A stretch of 59,536 nucleotides of DNA, counting the filler, from Dugesia japonica (lineage: Eukaryota): NCBI GenBank assembly GCA_001938525.1. It is 6 parts of 6 records of this genome, joined end to end, with 100 filler letters (N's around TTAATTAATTAA, not from the genome) between each part and the next. Parts side by side here need not be neighbours in the genome. Positions count along the whole stretch, not along the records: positions 38,625 to 47,845 come from MQRL01599902.1; positions 47,946 to 59,536 come from MQRL01633404.1; 4 more parts are not named here. One strand, 5' to 3'. Positions 38,625 to 52,200 of the stretch are shown in pieces; the stretch's first letter is position 1, and each line of letters begins with the position of its first letter. The notes beneath the pieces are model-generated. The model made no database searches. It worked only from the letters and a program-made list of their open reading frames with translations, and was not told where the DNA came from. A program made the translations under genes and the position numbers.

Positions 38625-39659
38625 CTTTCAAAACACGATGTGCTTCTTCTTCAGTACAACTTCTTATATATTCTATCGTGTTTTTGGTTATAATCAAATG
38701 AAAAGCACTGCTTGCCTTCCATCACATTTCGTTTTGAGTAGCCCAGCGATGTCTTTGAAGATTTTGTGGGAAGGATATCGANNNNNNNNNNNNCCCACAT
38801 TCAATTTCGTCCAAGTTGTTCCATCGACTGCTGTATCACATAATGCATCCGAATTTTGGGACGATCCCGTAATACATGTCTCATTCTCAGATTCCGAATC
38901 GGATAGGATACGCATTCTTTTTCTGCAAAGGCCTAATAATTTCTGATGATTTTCTTTTTCACTGTCTGATGATTCCCCTGCTTGCAAACTTTCATAAGAT
39001 TCCAAAATCTCGATTTCATACTCGTTTTGAATCACTTCATTTTCATCCTCTTCAGAGCCAGAACACTCCTCACAATTACTGAATATGTTTTGTAAAATTT
39101 TATTTCCTCTTCTAGACATATTTAGATGATAAAGAAAGGCTTTTTTGTTAAAATAGTATAAATTGAGGTTCACAATAATATCACTAATTCAAAAAATATT
39201 CTAGTATTTTATTTTTCAATACTCAAACTAAGCAACTGAAACCTTCAAAATCTCTTCGCACTCAGACGCCAATTGACATTTTACGATTCGTTCTTTCTAT
39301 TATTGCTAAGCGGCAACTTTTGTTTATCGCTTGTTTCATTTGACATAACGGAATCGGATAATAGATCAAAGTATTGTCGGTACATTCATATTTATTAGTG
39401 ATGTGATGTTTGCATGTTTACTCAAAATGTTGTCTAAATTACGATAGCGTCAAATTGACACATATCCGCAGAGATAGGTATACAACATATCGAATTTCAA
39501 TATTTCAATGCTTTTGAAGAAAATAGACATCAATATATATTTACCTCGATCAATGGATAAAGGTCATTACAAGAGATAAAATAAAAATGCAAACGGGTTT
39601 TGTAATTTTCCTTATAAAATTCGAAATGCGTCAAATTGACGCGTCCCGTAAACCTAGTG
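38625..39659 (-). mobile_element. piggyBac transposon 5' portion
   Basis: TTAA (39660-39663) plus CACTAGGTTTACGGGACGCGTCAATTTGACGC terminus; subterminal GCGTCAAATTGAC repeat; acidic N-terminus followed by AVDGTTWTK...IFKDIAG (ORF 38694-39173). Confidence 0.8.
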
Positions 39660-41324
39660 TTAATTTAACCTAATTAGTTAGTTAGGTTTTTCAAAAATAT
39701 ACTTTCCCGAAATAATAGACGAAGGAAATAATTAATCAATAAATAAGAAACTACATCTGTCATATGATTAACTATCAATTATTAAATCAAATCCGTAAAA
39801 TAATTTTAGTTGTACATCCAATTTAAATTAACAAAATTTCTAAATTCTAGGAAATGAACAAAATTTAAATTCATGAAATAATAAAGTATTTGACAAAAAA
39901 AATTTCAAAATCAATAATTTAATGACATGCCACAATCATTTACTCTTCACTCAATTTAGATCAAAGTTTTACGAGCCTGGAAGATGGCACCAATTAAAAA
40001 CGTTTACTACTACTGATCAAAAAGCTTAGGATGTTGGAAATAGCTAATACAATCCACTTAACATGCGCATTATATATTGTATAAAGAATAAGATGAAAAA
40101 GTTCAGGATGGGTGTTACAATTCCTTATAACGAGTAGTTGTTTGGTATGAATATTTATTACCACAGGTGACACTCCTAAAACTCAACAGTAGGAGCAGGA
40201 ATTTTCCGTCTCCGGAGAAAGCGAAAACAATTTTATTGAGGTGTGCTTGTTTTTTTTTAAATAAAATTGTCAACTGTGCTTGTGTTTTTAAACATTTTTT
40301 TAAACTGTTATATTTATAAACGCATTTATTTATAACATATTTAAAACTTTTTATAGTAAAAATGCATGCCCAAGAGAAAAGCCTTGTTGAAATTTTGGAG
40401 TTTACCTAATTTTAAAAAGCATGTATCAATAAAAGATTACTGGATTTACGCATAAATTGTTAATTGAAAATTCAAAAGGTTGGTAGGGAACAATTATAAT
40501 TATATTTGCAGCTGTCCAATCTAACAATTCTCTAATATTTTGTGGAATCTAAAATTCGTTGGAGAATAATGGAAAATCCCTACCAGCTCCTTCGGTATCA
40601 AAACCTCTTGAAAATCTAGGATTAAACTGCAAGAAACTAATTCACAGGAAACAAATAATTTCTAGGTTTGAAGATGAAGATTTAATTTTTTTTAAAAAAA
40701 ATTTTGAATCTAGTAGAATAGTGGTTTCCAATGCGTGCTCCACGGAGCTCAAGGTCTCCTCGGAAGAGTTACATATGCTCTGTAATTTAATTATAATTTC
40801 TAAATTTTTTTGTTTTTTAAGTTATACATTGATTTCACTCAGTTTGAGAAATAATTTTTAATGATTATGCAATAATGCAACTATTATTTTTATAACTTAT
40901 TTTTAATAGTTCGGCTCCGCTTTTGTGAAGAGTATAAAATAGTACTCCACTACTAAAAAAATATTGACAACCTCTGTAGTAGAACATGTAGATATCTTCC
41001 AATTTTTGTAAAAGCTATTTATAATGTAAAAGGGTATAGAGGATATAATTTAAATATGACAGTAAATGGTATTATTAGAGCTTTAAACAATGAAAAATGA
41101 TTGAAAAACTTATAGAAAACGTTCATTTTTATTATGTTTATTATTTTTATTTTCTTCCCTCCGATATTCCACCGAATCAAATCCCTATTATACCTAGTGA
41201 AATTGAATTTTAGGCATTTTTTATTCCAATAAGAAATGTTCTTTAACCGAGAACAAAATTTAACCAGTTTTTTTATATTTGCTGTAATTTGTAATAGTTT
41301 ATATTTTTGAAAAATCATGTAAGA

Positions 41325-41441
41325 TAATAATAATACTATTAATAATATTTATAATAATACTATTAATAATATTTATAATAATACTATTAATAATATTTAT
41401 AATAATAATATTAATAATAATAATATTAATAATAATAATAT
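41325..41441. repeat. (AAT)n-derived compound micro/minisatellite
   Basis: ATAATAATACTATTAATAATATTT units grading into AAT runs. Confidence 0.85.
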
Positions 41442-41741
41442 TGGGGTCATGGGTGATATGGCTCCAAAATTATATCACACACAACCCACAAACTGGGATT
41501 TAATATACTCGTCCTGAAAGTATGTTGATGGCAAGTCCGGTGATAATAATTATAATTGCCAAACATTAAAAAGATTTTAATATCACAAAATCATAACTAA
41601 TGATAAAATTATATAAATATATTTAATAATTTGAAAAAACATAATTAATATTAATGTTAACATTAAATTTCTCAGGGCTGACTAAAAATTACATTAATTT
41701 TTTAATTATCTTTATAGCAACATTTTAAAAATTCAAATTTA

Positions 41742-42554
41742 TTAGTGAAACTTACTTTTCATTTGAAATCTGGCAAATTCTGTATCTCTTTCACTAACCG
41801 GAAGAAGTTTTATTTCACTTCCGTTAAGAGACATATTTTCTGATAATTTATCAAGATATTCCTGATTTTTCGATGCAGCTTTTTTCTGTTCCTAAATAAA
41901 ATTAAGAAATAATTTACACAAATTAAGTATTTTTTCACTCTAAAACGCTTTCTCGCCATTTGATTTAAAGTAAAGTCATCGTAATAATCAATATTTGATT
42001 TCAGTATTTTTTTTAAACTTGGTTTCCCAGCTTTTACCACTTCTTCATCTTTAGTAGCATGCTCTAAATGAAACATTGGGTCTAATGCCATTTTATTTTT
42101 AGTTTTAGAATCAGCTAGTTCCGGAAGTTCAACATCTTTAGCATCATATCTTTGTTCGCGGCGCCTAGCTCCACTAACTATAACATACTGAAAGTGCTCA
42201 GGATCCGTTTGAATAATAATATCCCCAGCGCACAAATGGCATCCCATTTTAAATTGATATATTGGTGTCGAATAAAAATTTCCAACTTTTGTTTTTTCAC
42301 TATTATATCTTACACCCATGCCAATTGGTTTATTGCATGTTAAGCACCAGCAATTAAAGGGCATTTCAAATCTAACAATAATAATTCCTTCGTGAGCTCT
42401 AGCTCCCCTTTCCCTAAGTGCATGAACCCCATGATATGAATTAAGTGAAAAATGTTTCTTATGATCAAAGTCAGGTGGATAATATTTATTTTGTCCTTTA
42501 CGTTCCCCCTAAAATATTACAGATATCATATTAAATCATAACAAAATATACCAT
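41742..42554 (-). CDS. YJU2B: Splicing factor YJU2B / CCDC130 (CWC16 family)
   Basis: Exon 1 is ATG only (42552-42554), GT-AG intron 42509-42551, exon 41939-42508, intron 41892-41938, exon from 41891. Protein MGERKGQNKYYPPDFD...IIVRFEMPFNCWCLTC...GVRYNSEK...CHLC...TDP. The 3' end is either TAA at 41742 or a further splice at GTAAG 41755. Confidence 0.93.
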
Positions 42555-42910
42555 AATCCAAAAAGATTATATTTATAAATTTATCGAAATATTATTTAAA
42601 CAAATTTATACATAAACATGTATAACGTTGACAATACTGTAACTTTATTTCTGTAATGTAAAGATTTTCAAATTTTTAAAACTAGAATTAAATTATCTGA
42701 TTTCAAATTAGATACATTTATCATAATATTATTTAATTATCGAACTGAAAGTACATATAATATCAGACTTTCATTCAAACTAAATTTAAATATTTTAATA
42801 AATTTTCAATTTCGTTTTCAAATAATTTATAATATTTTCAAAATTACTTTTAAAAACTCAAAATTTTACTGGGTATCACTAGTCAAAAATGACAGTTTGC
42901 AAATACAATT

Positions 42911-43395
42911 CTAGTAGTCTAAAACTTTAATAATGGTCCGGATAAAATGTAGTGAATTGTGTTTAACAATAAGAGTAAACTGAAAAAAATTGTTTATTCA
43001 ATAAGTCATTAATTACAACATTTTTGGTGCATGTGCGATTATCATTTTAAATTTTTCCTTGATAGAGCAAATAAATAATGAGTACTTTTTTTCTAAAATT
43101 TTCATGGTTGCGACATTTAATGAGAATAACATACAGTTGTTCATGAGTAAAAACTGGTTCTGGCAAATAAACTCCTCCTTGATCAAATGATTGTCATTGC
43201 AAATGCTAACATCACTGGCAATTAACGTCGTTTTATTTTGAATAATATTCTTTACTTTCTTGGAACCAAGTCAATTTGAAGGATTCAAACTCGCTCTCTT
43301 TTGTGGCTGCCAGTGATAATTTCAGTTTTGATGTAGCTCTGGTGGAAACCTTTGAAGATCAAGCGAGTGCTATTAAACAATCCTTTATGGTAGAG
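42911..43395 (-). mobile_element. Helitron RepHel PIF1-helicase C-terminal remnant
   Basis: GLFNSTRLI...TEIITGS...LPVMLAFAMTI..FDQGGVYLPEPVFTHEQLYV...TKNVV matches GLCNGTRL / FAMTINKSQGQT / VFSHGQLYV; candidate CTAG 3' end at 42911. Confidence 0.8.
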
Positions 43396-46300
43396 ATTGC
43401 GAAGAAAAATAATGAATGATCTAGCTTTCAACTTCAATATATTACGCGGCATTCCCAATAAATTTTGTNTATATAGAAATTCAATTAGAAAGTCACCANA
43501 TTCAAAAGAATTGAAAGAAGTTTTGAGACGTATTAGTAATGGCGGTTTGAAGGTAAATCTAGAAAAATATAAATTTCATCAACGAGAGTTAATTTTTCAG
43601 GGACATATAGTAAGTTTTGATAGAGTAGGAACAAATAAAAAGAAAATTGAAGAAATTTTAAAAGTAGAACTTCCTGCTTGCATTTCTCACTAGCGTTTTT
43701 TATTGAGATTAGCAAACTTTGATTGAAGATTTATTCACAGATATGCAGAAATTCCAGCACCATTATATGCTGCAATTTCGGGTAGAGATAAGGTATTACA
43801 ATGGACCGATCGGTGTTAACAAAGTTTTCAAAATCTAAAGGATAGATTATTAAATGCACCAATATTAAACTTTCCTAGGAGGAATTGAGTTTTTGTGCTA
43901 TTGGAGCACAACTAAATCAAAATAAAGTAATATTGAAGCAGTTATTGCTTATGAATTCAGGCATTTGTCAGCTCATGAGCTGGTATACTGTGTAACGAGA
44001 AAGAAGTTGTTAGCCTATTACGAATTTGTTTTACATTTTAAACAATATCTTTACAGAAAACAATTTGTTCCATAAACATTTCACAAGGTCTTAGGTTTTA
44101 TAAAAAAAATCCAACCATCCACAAATTTCAAACATGGCTGACAAAATTATCTGAATTCAATTTTGAGTGGAAGTACAAAAAAGACGAGGAGCATGGTAAT
44201 ACTGATGGGATGTCAAGGATTTCTCACATCACATATGCACTGTGCCAGACAAAACACAGTGATGCTAAATTAGAAAAGCCCAAGGAAAAATAAATTAACG
44301 TGGTACCGGAGGATATTAGTCGGTTGGAGAGAATACATCGTGAACAGAACTAAGATCCAGTTATTAATGTGTTCTAAGAATTTTTAACAGAGGAGAGAGG
44401 TGAGTTATCAGAAGTTTTAAAAAAGCATATTTTCTTTTATTCCATGAGAAACAGTCTTAATGAATGATTTGCTGATTCTAAGAAGAGACGATGAACATCT
44501 TAATTTAATACCAGAAGGGTTCATAGCCAATATTCATTCAGAATGTTTTCCTTTTTGGAGCAAGAAGATACTCAATTATCTAAAAGATCATTATTTCTAG
44601 ACAGCAATGTGGAATTTAATCACTCATGATAGAAAGATTGTATTGTTTGTGCTAGGAGAAAGATAGATCAGACTCGTACAAAAGAAATATTTATGTCAAG
44701 AAGAATCTTGCATTTTCAGGAACAGATTTTGATAGATGTGGCTTTCATAAAATAAACTCTAGAGTAGGTAGATCCTAGCGCTCTGTATCACCCCCCAAGG
44801 TCAAATTTTTCAAGGTCACTGATACAGTATACTTGATTTTGATTTTGTCCGTGATTGAGTATACTCAATTCTTTTTGGTGGAAAATTTGAAGGTCATTTT
44901 TCAAGATCAAACTGATACAGTATACTCTATTCTGATTGATCGAAGTGGTTTAAGGTCAAAGCGATATAGTATACTGCAATCTGATTGGTCGAAGCTTTTC
45001 AAGGTCAAAGAGATAAAGTATCGTGCAATCTGATTAGTCGAAATGTTTCAAGGTCATCTGATAGACTTCATCTTTAAATTTTTGACGAACAAATTTTTCG
45101 AAACAAAGAAAGTTGCAACAATGGCCAATATAAACAAAATCAGTATTTTTTATTTTATCAACAATGAATTTAGATAAAGTTATAGATGATATGNNNNNNN
45201 NNNNNGATATAAATTATTCTCATGAAAATCAACAAAATATTGTTGAATTGAATGAAGAAGAGAAGAAGGAAACATTTGTTGAAGCTATAGGTAAGATATT
45301 TTTATGAATTTATAATTTAAATAATGAATAACTTAGAAAATATTCAAGAGGATATTGAAATGATAGTCGATGTACAAACAGTTGAAGATGTACCAATTGT
45401 AGAATAAGAAATACAGATAACTAAAGGTTCGAACCTTTAAGAAAAATCAACAGTAATATTTGATTATATTGAGTGTTAATTATGTTATTAAATAAATATT
45501 CATTTTAAAATTGTTTTTTATTTTCATTAGTAGTCTAAGTAATGTATTTCAAAAAAAAAATCTTTGTTCAAATTTGTACTTTTCGAACTTAAATTGTTTT
45601 GAAACAAACAACATTTTGATACAAGTCGTTCATGTACTGTATAGGTAATTTGAGATTTTTTACAATTGTAAAAGAAAAACCTGTAAAAAAATTAAAAATG
45701 GCGGCATTTATCTTGTTATAGAAATTTCTTTGTTTAATAGCTTTTTATAATTACGTTGATAGAACTATTTTTATACACCAATTTGTCCGTCATTTAATTG
45801 CGCGTCCAAAGATCTAATGTTCAGCGCGATATCATATTTCTACTTGACTCTGTCTTCATAAAACTAAATTTCTTTGTTCAAATTTTTCGACCCGAAGAAA
45901 GCATTTTAGGATACAGTTTTATGAGACATTCCTATCTTATTTTTTAATTTTACATCTAGCCATAAATTTTTATCATAATCGGCTGTCATCGGGGGGATGG
46001 TGGGGTCATGCTGACATACCTTTTGTGGCGAATTGAAGCATTTTTTGATACAGGTACTTTAGGTGATGTATAGGCCGTTTTTAATTTTAGGAAGATTGCC
46101 ACAAATTCCGAGTCAATATCCTTCAAAATAGCGGTAGTTTCTAATTTAAATATTTAATAACTTTTGAAGGGTCTGTCCGACAAAAACATTAAATGAATAA
46201 CATTGCGCGGCTTTACTTTGCACATCTACTGATACTAAATTTGAGACTGTCCGATAAATATTGTAGACAATACGAACAAAAGACTGCAAAATGTTTACTA

Positions 46301-47252
46301 TTACATAATCTATTACGTAATTAAAATATCACTTTGACCTTGAAACACTTCGATCAATCAGAATAGAGTAAACTGCATCAGTTTGACCTTGAAAAATGAC
46401 CTTAAAATTTTCCACCAATAAGAATGGAGTATACTAAATCACGGACCAATCAAAATCAAGTATACTGTATCAGTGACCTTGAAAAATTTGACCTGGGAGG
46501 GTGACACAGTGCGCTAGGATCTACCTACTCTGGAGCATACTATAAATATTTGGTTGTCATCATTGATCGTTGTAACAAGTTGGTGAATATGATATGATTG
46601 TCTAAGCTGGCTGATTGATCGATTTTCACAAAAAATTATGAACCACTGGATATATCAATTTAGAAGACCAAAAAGTATTTTGACAAACAGAGAAAATAAT
46701 TTCGAGAGCACATGGTTCCAAAAGAGATGTAATAATTTGTCCATCCGACATGAATTCAGTTCGCCGTACCAACATCAGTCTTGAGGAAAAAGCGATAAGA
46801 ACCACTCGTGATATGATAAAAGAAGATTGTAAAGACAAAACTGGCATGAGTTACTTCCCAGGATTGAATTTAGTATTGATGCCACTCAACGAAGTTCGAC
46901 GGGATTCTCTCTTTTTTAAATCGTATTTGGTAACAAGAGTTAGAAATGAATCCCCAAAATTTAACAAATACCAAAATTGCAAAGAAAATCACGAAGAATT
47001 TATAAACTACTGCTAACAGAATGTCCAGTTTTGCAAATGATAAACGAGGCCAAAGTGATTTAAAAATCGGATATAACGTATTGGTCAGGAGGGAACCCAA
47101 AATTAGGAAGAAAAAGGACTTCCAATATTATGGTCCTTTCATCATCATTAAATTTTTATCGCCCCATCAGGTCGAATTGAGCAGAGCTGAAGGAATAAAA
47201 GTGAGAAGGATCAAATGGTTTAAAGGATGGATTTAGTTTTGTGAGAGGGGAG
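43396..47252 (+). mobile_element. Ty3/Gypsy LTR retrotransposon pol remnant (RT end, RNase H, integrase, PPT)
   Basis: LKEVLRRISNGGLKVNLEKYKF...GHIVS; YCVTRKKLLA; EHGNTDGMSR; C..C integrase Zn motif; YKYLVVIID; YYGPFIIIK; polypurine tract 47243-47252 followed by TG at 47256. Confidence 0.88.
44762..46530. mobile_element. Non-autonomous DNA transposon with ~200-bp TIRs (GAG...CTC termini) inserted in the Gypsy integrase
   Basis: GAGTAGGTAGATCCTAGCGC... and ...GCGCTAGGATCTACCTACTC; inverted match 44762-44961 versus 46332-46530; integrase text resumes on both sides. Confidence 0.9.
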
Positions 47253-47845
47253 TTATGTATTACATGATATTGTTTTGTTTTATGCAATTAAAAAATCAAC
47301 CCTTTCCATTTCCAAAATTTATTCAATTACAAGACAAACTAAAACACAGCATATAAATTTCTCTTTTTCAAACAAATTTAAAACATTTATATTCGAAACG
47401 GAAATTTAAAAAAATATCAGTATATTTAACTTTTTAATAAATAATGTAAAGAAATACAATAAAAAATATATAATTTCAAATAAAATCAGAAATTTAATAA
47501 TTTTATAAATTACAATAAAATTAAAGAATTTTAATATACATTGCAAATTAAAAATTTTAGATTTAACACAAATTAAAAACTTCGTTTTCGGTAAACAAAT
47601 TAAATTTTAAAATTCGTTTGCTTTAAAGTTTAAACTGTTAATTACATAACAATTTAAATTTTATTTTACAAACTATTTTTCAAAATACAAAAACTTAAAA
47701 GCGGCTTTTAAAAAAAATCTAACAACATGAAAAAATTTCATGCTGCCAAATCGGATATCTAAATAGTTTATTTCCTAAAATTTTTAATTATTGTAATGCG
47801 ATATTATAGCGGGATATGCATTTTAGCGAAAAGTTTAGTCAGTTA

Positions 47846-47945
47846 NNNNNNNNNNNNNNNNNNNNNNNNNNNNNNNNNNNNNNNNNNNNTTAATTAATTA
47901 ANNNNNNNNNNNNNNNNNNNNNNNNNNNNNNNNNNNNNNNNNNNN
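47846..47945. other. Artificial contig-joining spacer
   Basis: 44N-TTAATTAATTAA-44N. Confidence 0.95.
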
Positions 47946-47995
47946 AAAATAAATTTGATTATGCTTATTTTGAACATGTTGATTACAGTAGACTA

Positions 47996-48144
47996 CAGTA
48001 AAACACGTGAGATACATTCCGCGTTGTAGAAATTGCAGGACTTTATTTTAAAATTAAATTCATCTTTCGCTTTATACGGGAATTTTATCGCGCTATATGA
48101 GTACTAGTCGCAAAAATTTCGTCTCGTTATACGAGTGTTTACTG
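47996..48144. mobile_element. pogo/Tigger-type MITE
   Basis: TA-CAGTAAAACACG...CGAGTGTTTACTG-TA. Confidence 0.7.
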
Positions 48145-48579
48145 TACTTGCATTGGTTCTTACCAATACAATCTTCGTATTTTTTAATATATCCCCTACT
48201 TAGTTTACATAATTTCTTTATTTGTTTCTTTTTATGGTTTTATATTTTGTAAATTTTTATATTACTGTTTATAATATGTCATGGATTTCTGTTTCAACAT
48301 AAATAGAAAAATGTAGATAAGAAATTAATATGAAACATAGTTTTTATAAAATTTACAAATCAATGTAGATATTTGGGCAAAAGTCCCTGTATCAAAAATC
48401 AATAAAGCATATGAAAACCCATAATATTGTGAAGTTTAGAAATAATCGATTTTGTAAATCAGTGATGGCCAATCCGCGAGGTTCAGTACGATTTTTAAAA
48501 AATGTTTAATTTGTGTATTACAGTAACCAATTTTTAAAAAACCAAAATTTTTTTATACAAGCAATTTTTTTAAAATTGG

Positions 48580-49178
48580 TTCTGTTGAGTTCAAACTAAT
48601 CTATCCATTCCACGAGTGAGTTCATTCTCTTTACAAGTACTACCACCGAAGACTGAATTGTATAATTGACCAAGAGGAATGTTATTTTCTTCGGTAGAGC
48701 AGTCAGCTAAAGTGCTAAATTGGATCTCTTCAACTAACGTAAACAAATTTCCAAATGAATTTTGAATTCATGATTGTGAGATCTCATTCCATGCTAAAAT
48801 GGTCCTTTAGATTAATTCTTTACAAAGCGTAGACTGTAGAATCTATTTCTTGTTTTCAGATAAAGTAGCCAGTGTAGTAAGGGATAACGCTGTTTCAGGG
48901 ATTTGATATCAAGCAATGAAGGGGTGTTACCGTTTCAATCCTGTAGGTACATATGATCCAAAAGAAATTCTGATATATACTTATATTTTTCAAATGTTTT
49001 AAAATTTTATTTGGGTCTATGATATCAATACTGTACAATTGTAATTGCATAAACAAGTCTGCATCCTGTCTGAATGTTTGCTTATTGCATCAGTTTAAGC
49101 ATTGTTTTCAAGCAAGTCGCATGTGAATATTACACATTATCTAACTATTATGAAAATAAAAAAATCGTATTGAAAGGG
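48580..49178 (-). mobile_element. Possible piggyBac 5' remnant
   Basis: TTAA (49179-49182) plus CCCTTTCA terminus on minus; decayed acidic frame ...EENNIPLGQL...RGMDRLV*. Confidence 0.4.
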
Positions 49179-49917
49179 TTAAAGCTCTCATTCTCAGTGC
49201 CATGACAAGCTGCGTTATCAGACAATAATATCCCCCTAACCGGTGATTTTTTGGACAGTATATGTTGAGTTACTTGTGGAACAAATCATTGTTTGTACCA
49301 TTCTGTAAATAATGAACTCGTTTGCCAAGCATTTTTAGATCACTTGTAATATAGAATATCAATATATAGAATTAAGGAATACGAATTGTTTCTTATAGTG
49401 GTTACTGTATTTTTGTTTTTGTAAAACAGATATATGCAAATAATAAGGATTTATTGTGTTCCAAATTTTCATCCTCAAATTTTATATATACATGCAACCC
49501 GCAGGATTAAAACGCATTTTCAAAGTACCCCCCAGATCATTTGGGTTGACCAGGTCTGTTGCAAAGGATTCGTAACACATAAACGAAAATCATTTTCTAT
49601 CTTACTGTTATTAATTTCATTCATTTTGAACAAAAAAAAAATTCGCTTCCATTATTTATATAAATTTAACATTCTTTTGAAAACTTCATATTTACCAAAT
49701 TTTTTCAATCAATAAAATCGCAATAGAATCTGAAAAAGATTATATCGTAACTAGAATCCGATAAATAATTTTTCAAATTTAATTTTTAAAAATTTATATT
49801 GTTATATATTGCGCAATTTATTTTAATATTTCAAAGAATTTAAATGATATCATTTAATCTTATCTCTAGATGATTTATGTTAATTACAAATATACAGAAA
49901 AAACAATTCTATCAACA

Positions 49918-50351
49918 CTACGGAGCCTCAACACGATTATCAGTTCTTTTATCAGCCCCAAGAGGATCTTTAAATCCTTCTGATTCACAAAATAATTGAC
50001 GTTCAAGAATGACTTTTCCTTCTTTATATTGTTGACTTTCGTCATTAGCCTGCTCATACACCCAGCCTAGTTTAGTTGTACATTTAATGCAATGAACGTC
50101 TCTAACTAAATGACGACCTGTAAGCATTACTCTATCCTAAGAAAGAATCAATGCTTTCAATTATAAAACAATTATTTCACTTGTATTTCAGTAGAATATA
50201 TATTGACCACCTTATTAAATAAAAATGCTCGTCCAGTTGCACCAGTGAATCTAGTGCTAATAATTTCATCTTTATTTGATAAAGGAGTATCACACTTTTG
50301 ACACTGAATGATTCGTTTTCCTCCTAAATGTTCAATAAACAGAATTCCCAT
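49918..50351 (-). CDS. YPEL5: Protein yippee-like 5 (129 aa, two exons)
   Basis: Exon 50181-50351, 44-bp GT-AG intron 50137-50180, exon 49918-50136; [20 protein letters not shown]...[19 protein letters not shown]...[26 protein letters not shown]...[10 protein letters not shown]. Confidence 0.96.
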
Positions 50352-51340
50352 TTGGATTCTTTGAGATACTTATAAATTTTATGAGTAATTATAAAGAAAT
50401 TAATAAATTTCAATCAAAATTTGATTAAGGAATTGAATTTATATTCAAAAATAATATTATAAATTACAAAATCCGTTTTCGAAATACAATTAAAAAATTG
50501 ATCAGCTGACTAACAACAATAAAATTTTTAATGCATTAAAACAAATATTTATTATGTATTTATTAAATGACTGGTAACGATTATTTCTTTTAATAGTTAA
50601 CTTTTTGAAAATTAACGATTAATTAATAGTTAATTCCAATAAGCTACACAATAAGTATTTTAAAATTTACAGATAAATGTGTGTTTAGATAACATTTTAC
50701 AAGATAAAACACAACAAACTTTAAATTAAAAACTCCAGAAGTTCAATTACGTAAACAAAAGAATATTGACAGTATTCCGTTCTAGTGAAGTGTCTTCTTA
50801 ACAACATAAAATGAACATGGGTCTGAAGTTGTCAGTCTACACAGAATGGACCTAGAAAGCAATTCCAAACTGGGAAATTTGTGTGTATTAAATACCCACC
50901 ACTTTAACGGATGGTAATTGGAGCCTCCTCTGAGGAACATTGAACTTGTTAGTTATCATATGAAAAAAATAAAAGCTATCTCAAATTTGAACATCAATTT
51001 ATCTATTTGATAGACAATTTTAAGTTGAGTAAGAATATCATGTTTAAAAATAGTCAATCTTTATCCTCGATGAAATAAAATCAAAAATAAAGAGTAAAAT
51101 AAATTGTCAATTACAGAATTCGAACTCCAACACAGAATTTTCGAAAAATAAAAGTATCTCAAATTTGATCATTGATTTATCTATTTGATAAAAACCTTTT
51201 AGATCATATTTAAAAAATGACTCCAAAAGTGCACAATTCAAATAAATTACTTTAAAATTACGTAGGTTTCAAAAACACATTTTTAACGAACAACTTTATT
51301 CATTTCAATTTTATTTAATTTTTATTCCAATTTTAGTTTA

Positions 51341-52200
51341 TTACTTTAAATAAGTTATCCAATGGATCTTCAATGATATTTTCAAGCCAAATAAATTCAT
51401 TAAGATAGTCTTGTAAATATTCTTTTCTAATTCCTCGCATATTTTTACAACGGGATTTTTGTTTATTTTAATATGATTCAACATTCTGGTTATAAGCTCC
51501 GATTTGAAAGTTAATAAAGTTAATTTTATGGTTAAATCCAGGTGTACATATCCCAATGTAGCAAGAGAACAATAAACTCTCCAAGCATCACTATGGATAA
51601 TGCTACCTGGATGCACTATCTGAGTAATTATTGGCAATAAAGTATCAGCTTTTCTATTAGATACTACCTACATAAATCCTTTAGCTGGAACATAACTGCA
51701 GTCTACAATCCCAAATACCCATATTTAAGAATCTGAAAGTCTGCCTTGATGATACTTTTGCTTATGACAAAAAGAGCTTTCCTAAATTTGACATACAACA
51801 TTTTTCTTCCGAATGTAATTGGATACGCCAGAAAATAGTTGGAGACATAGTTTCTCAACAGTTTGTAGATTTTAATTATGGTAGATGACGCAATCGATAT
51901 CTACTTTTTAATCTAACAAACTCTCTTCAACTGCCCATTTATATAAAATCTCTAACCAAGTTTTAAGATCAATTGTGAAACTACTAAAAAATGAAAAATG
52001 TCTTATGGATGTTGTAGTCTTAAAGTGACTACAATGTTTATTTTGGCAATTCCATACNAATCGATCTCTTATTGATGTCTTTTTTGTTCAATTCATCTCA
52101 ATTTCACAGTACTTACAATGCATTTGTTGAGATGCTTTGTATATTGTTGCCAAAGCAAATCAGCAATTGCATGAGTTGAAATGATTTTAAATTATAATAC
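51341..52200 (-). mobile_element. Merlin (ISXO2/IS1016-like) transposase pseudogene
   Basis: C..C...WNCQNKHC...SIR..SFF zinc ribbon; ESSF..KQKYHQGR; WVFGIVD...R.ADTLLPII...PGSIIHSDAWRVY..L...GY.H; NQNVES. Confidence 0.85.

Noticed and set aside
45710-45989. Alternative genetic code (TAA/TAG read as Gln)
   Set aside because: YPEL5 ends at TAG and the host exons have no in-frame stops; these stops are better explained by decay
48460-48485. hAT-like terminus CAGTGATGGCCAATCCGCG
   Set aside because: Single short end with no partner or 8-bp TSD
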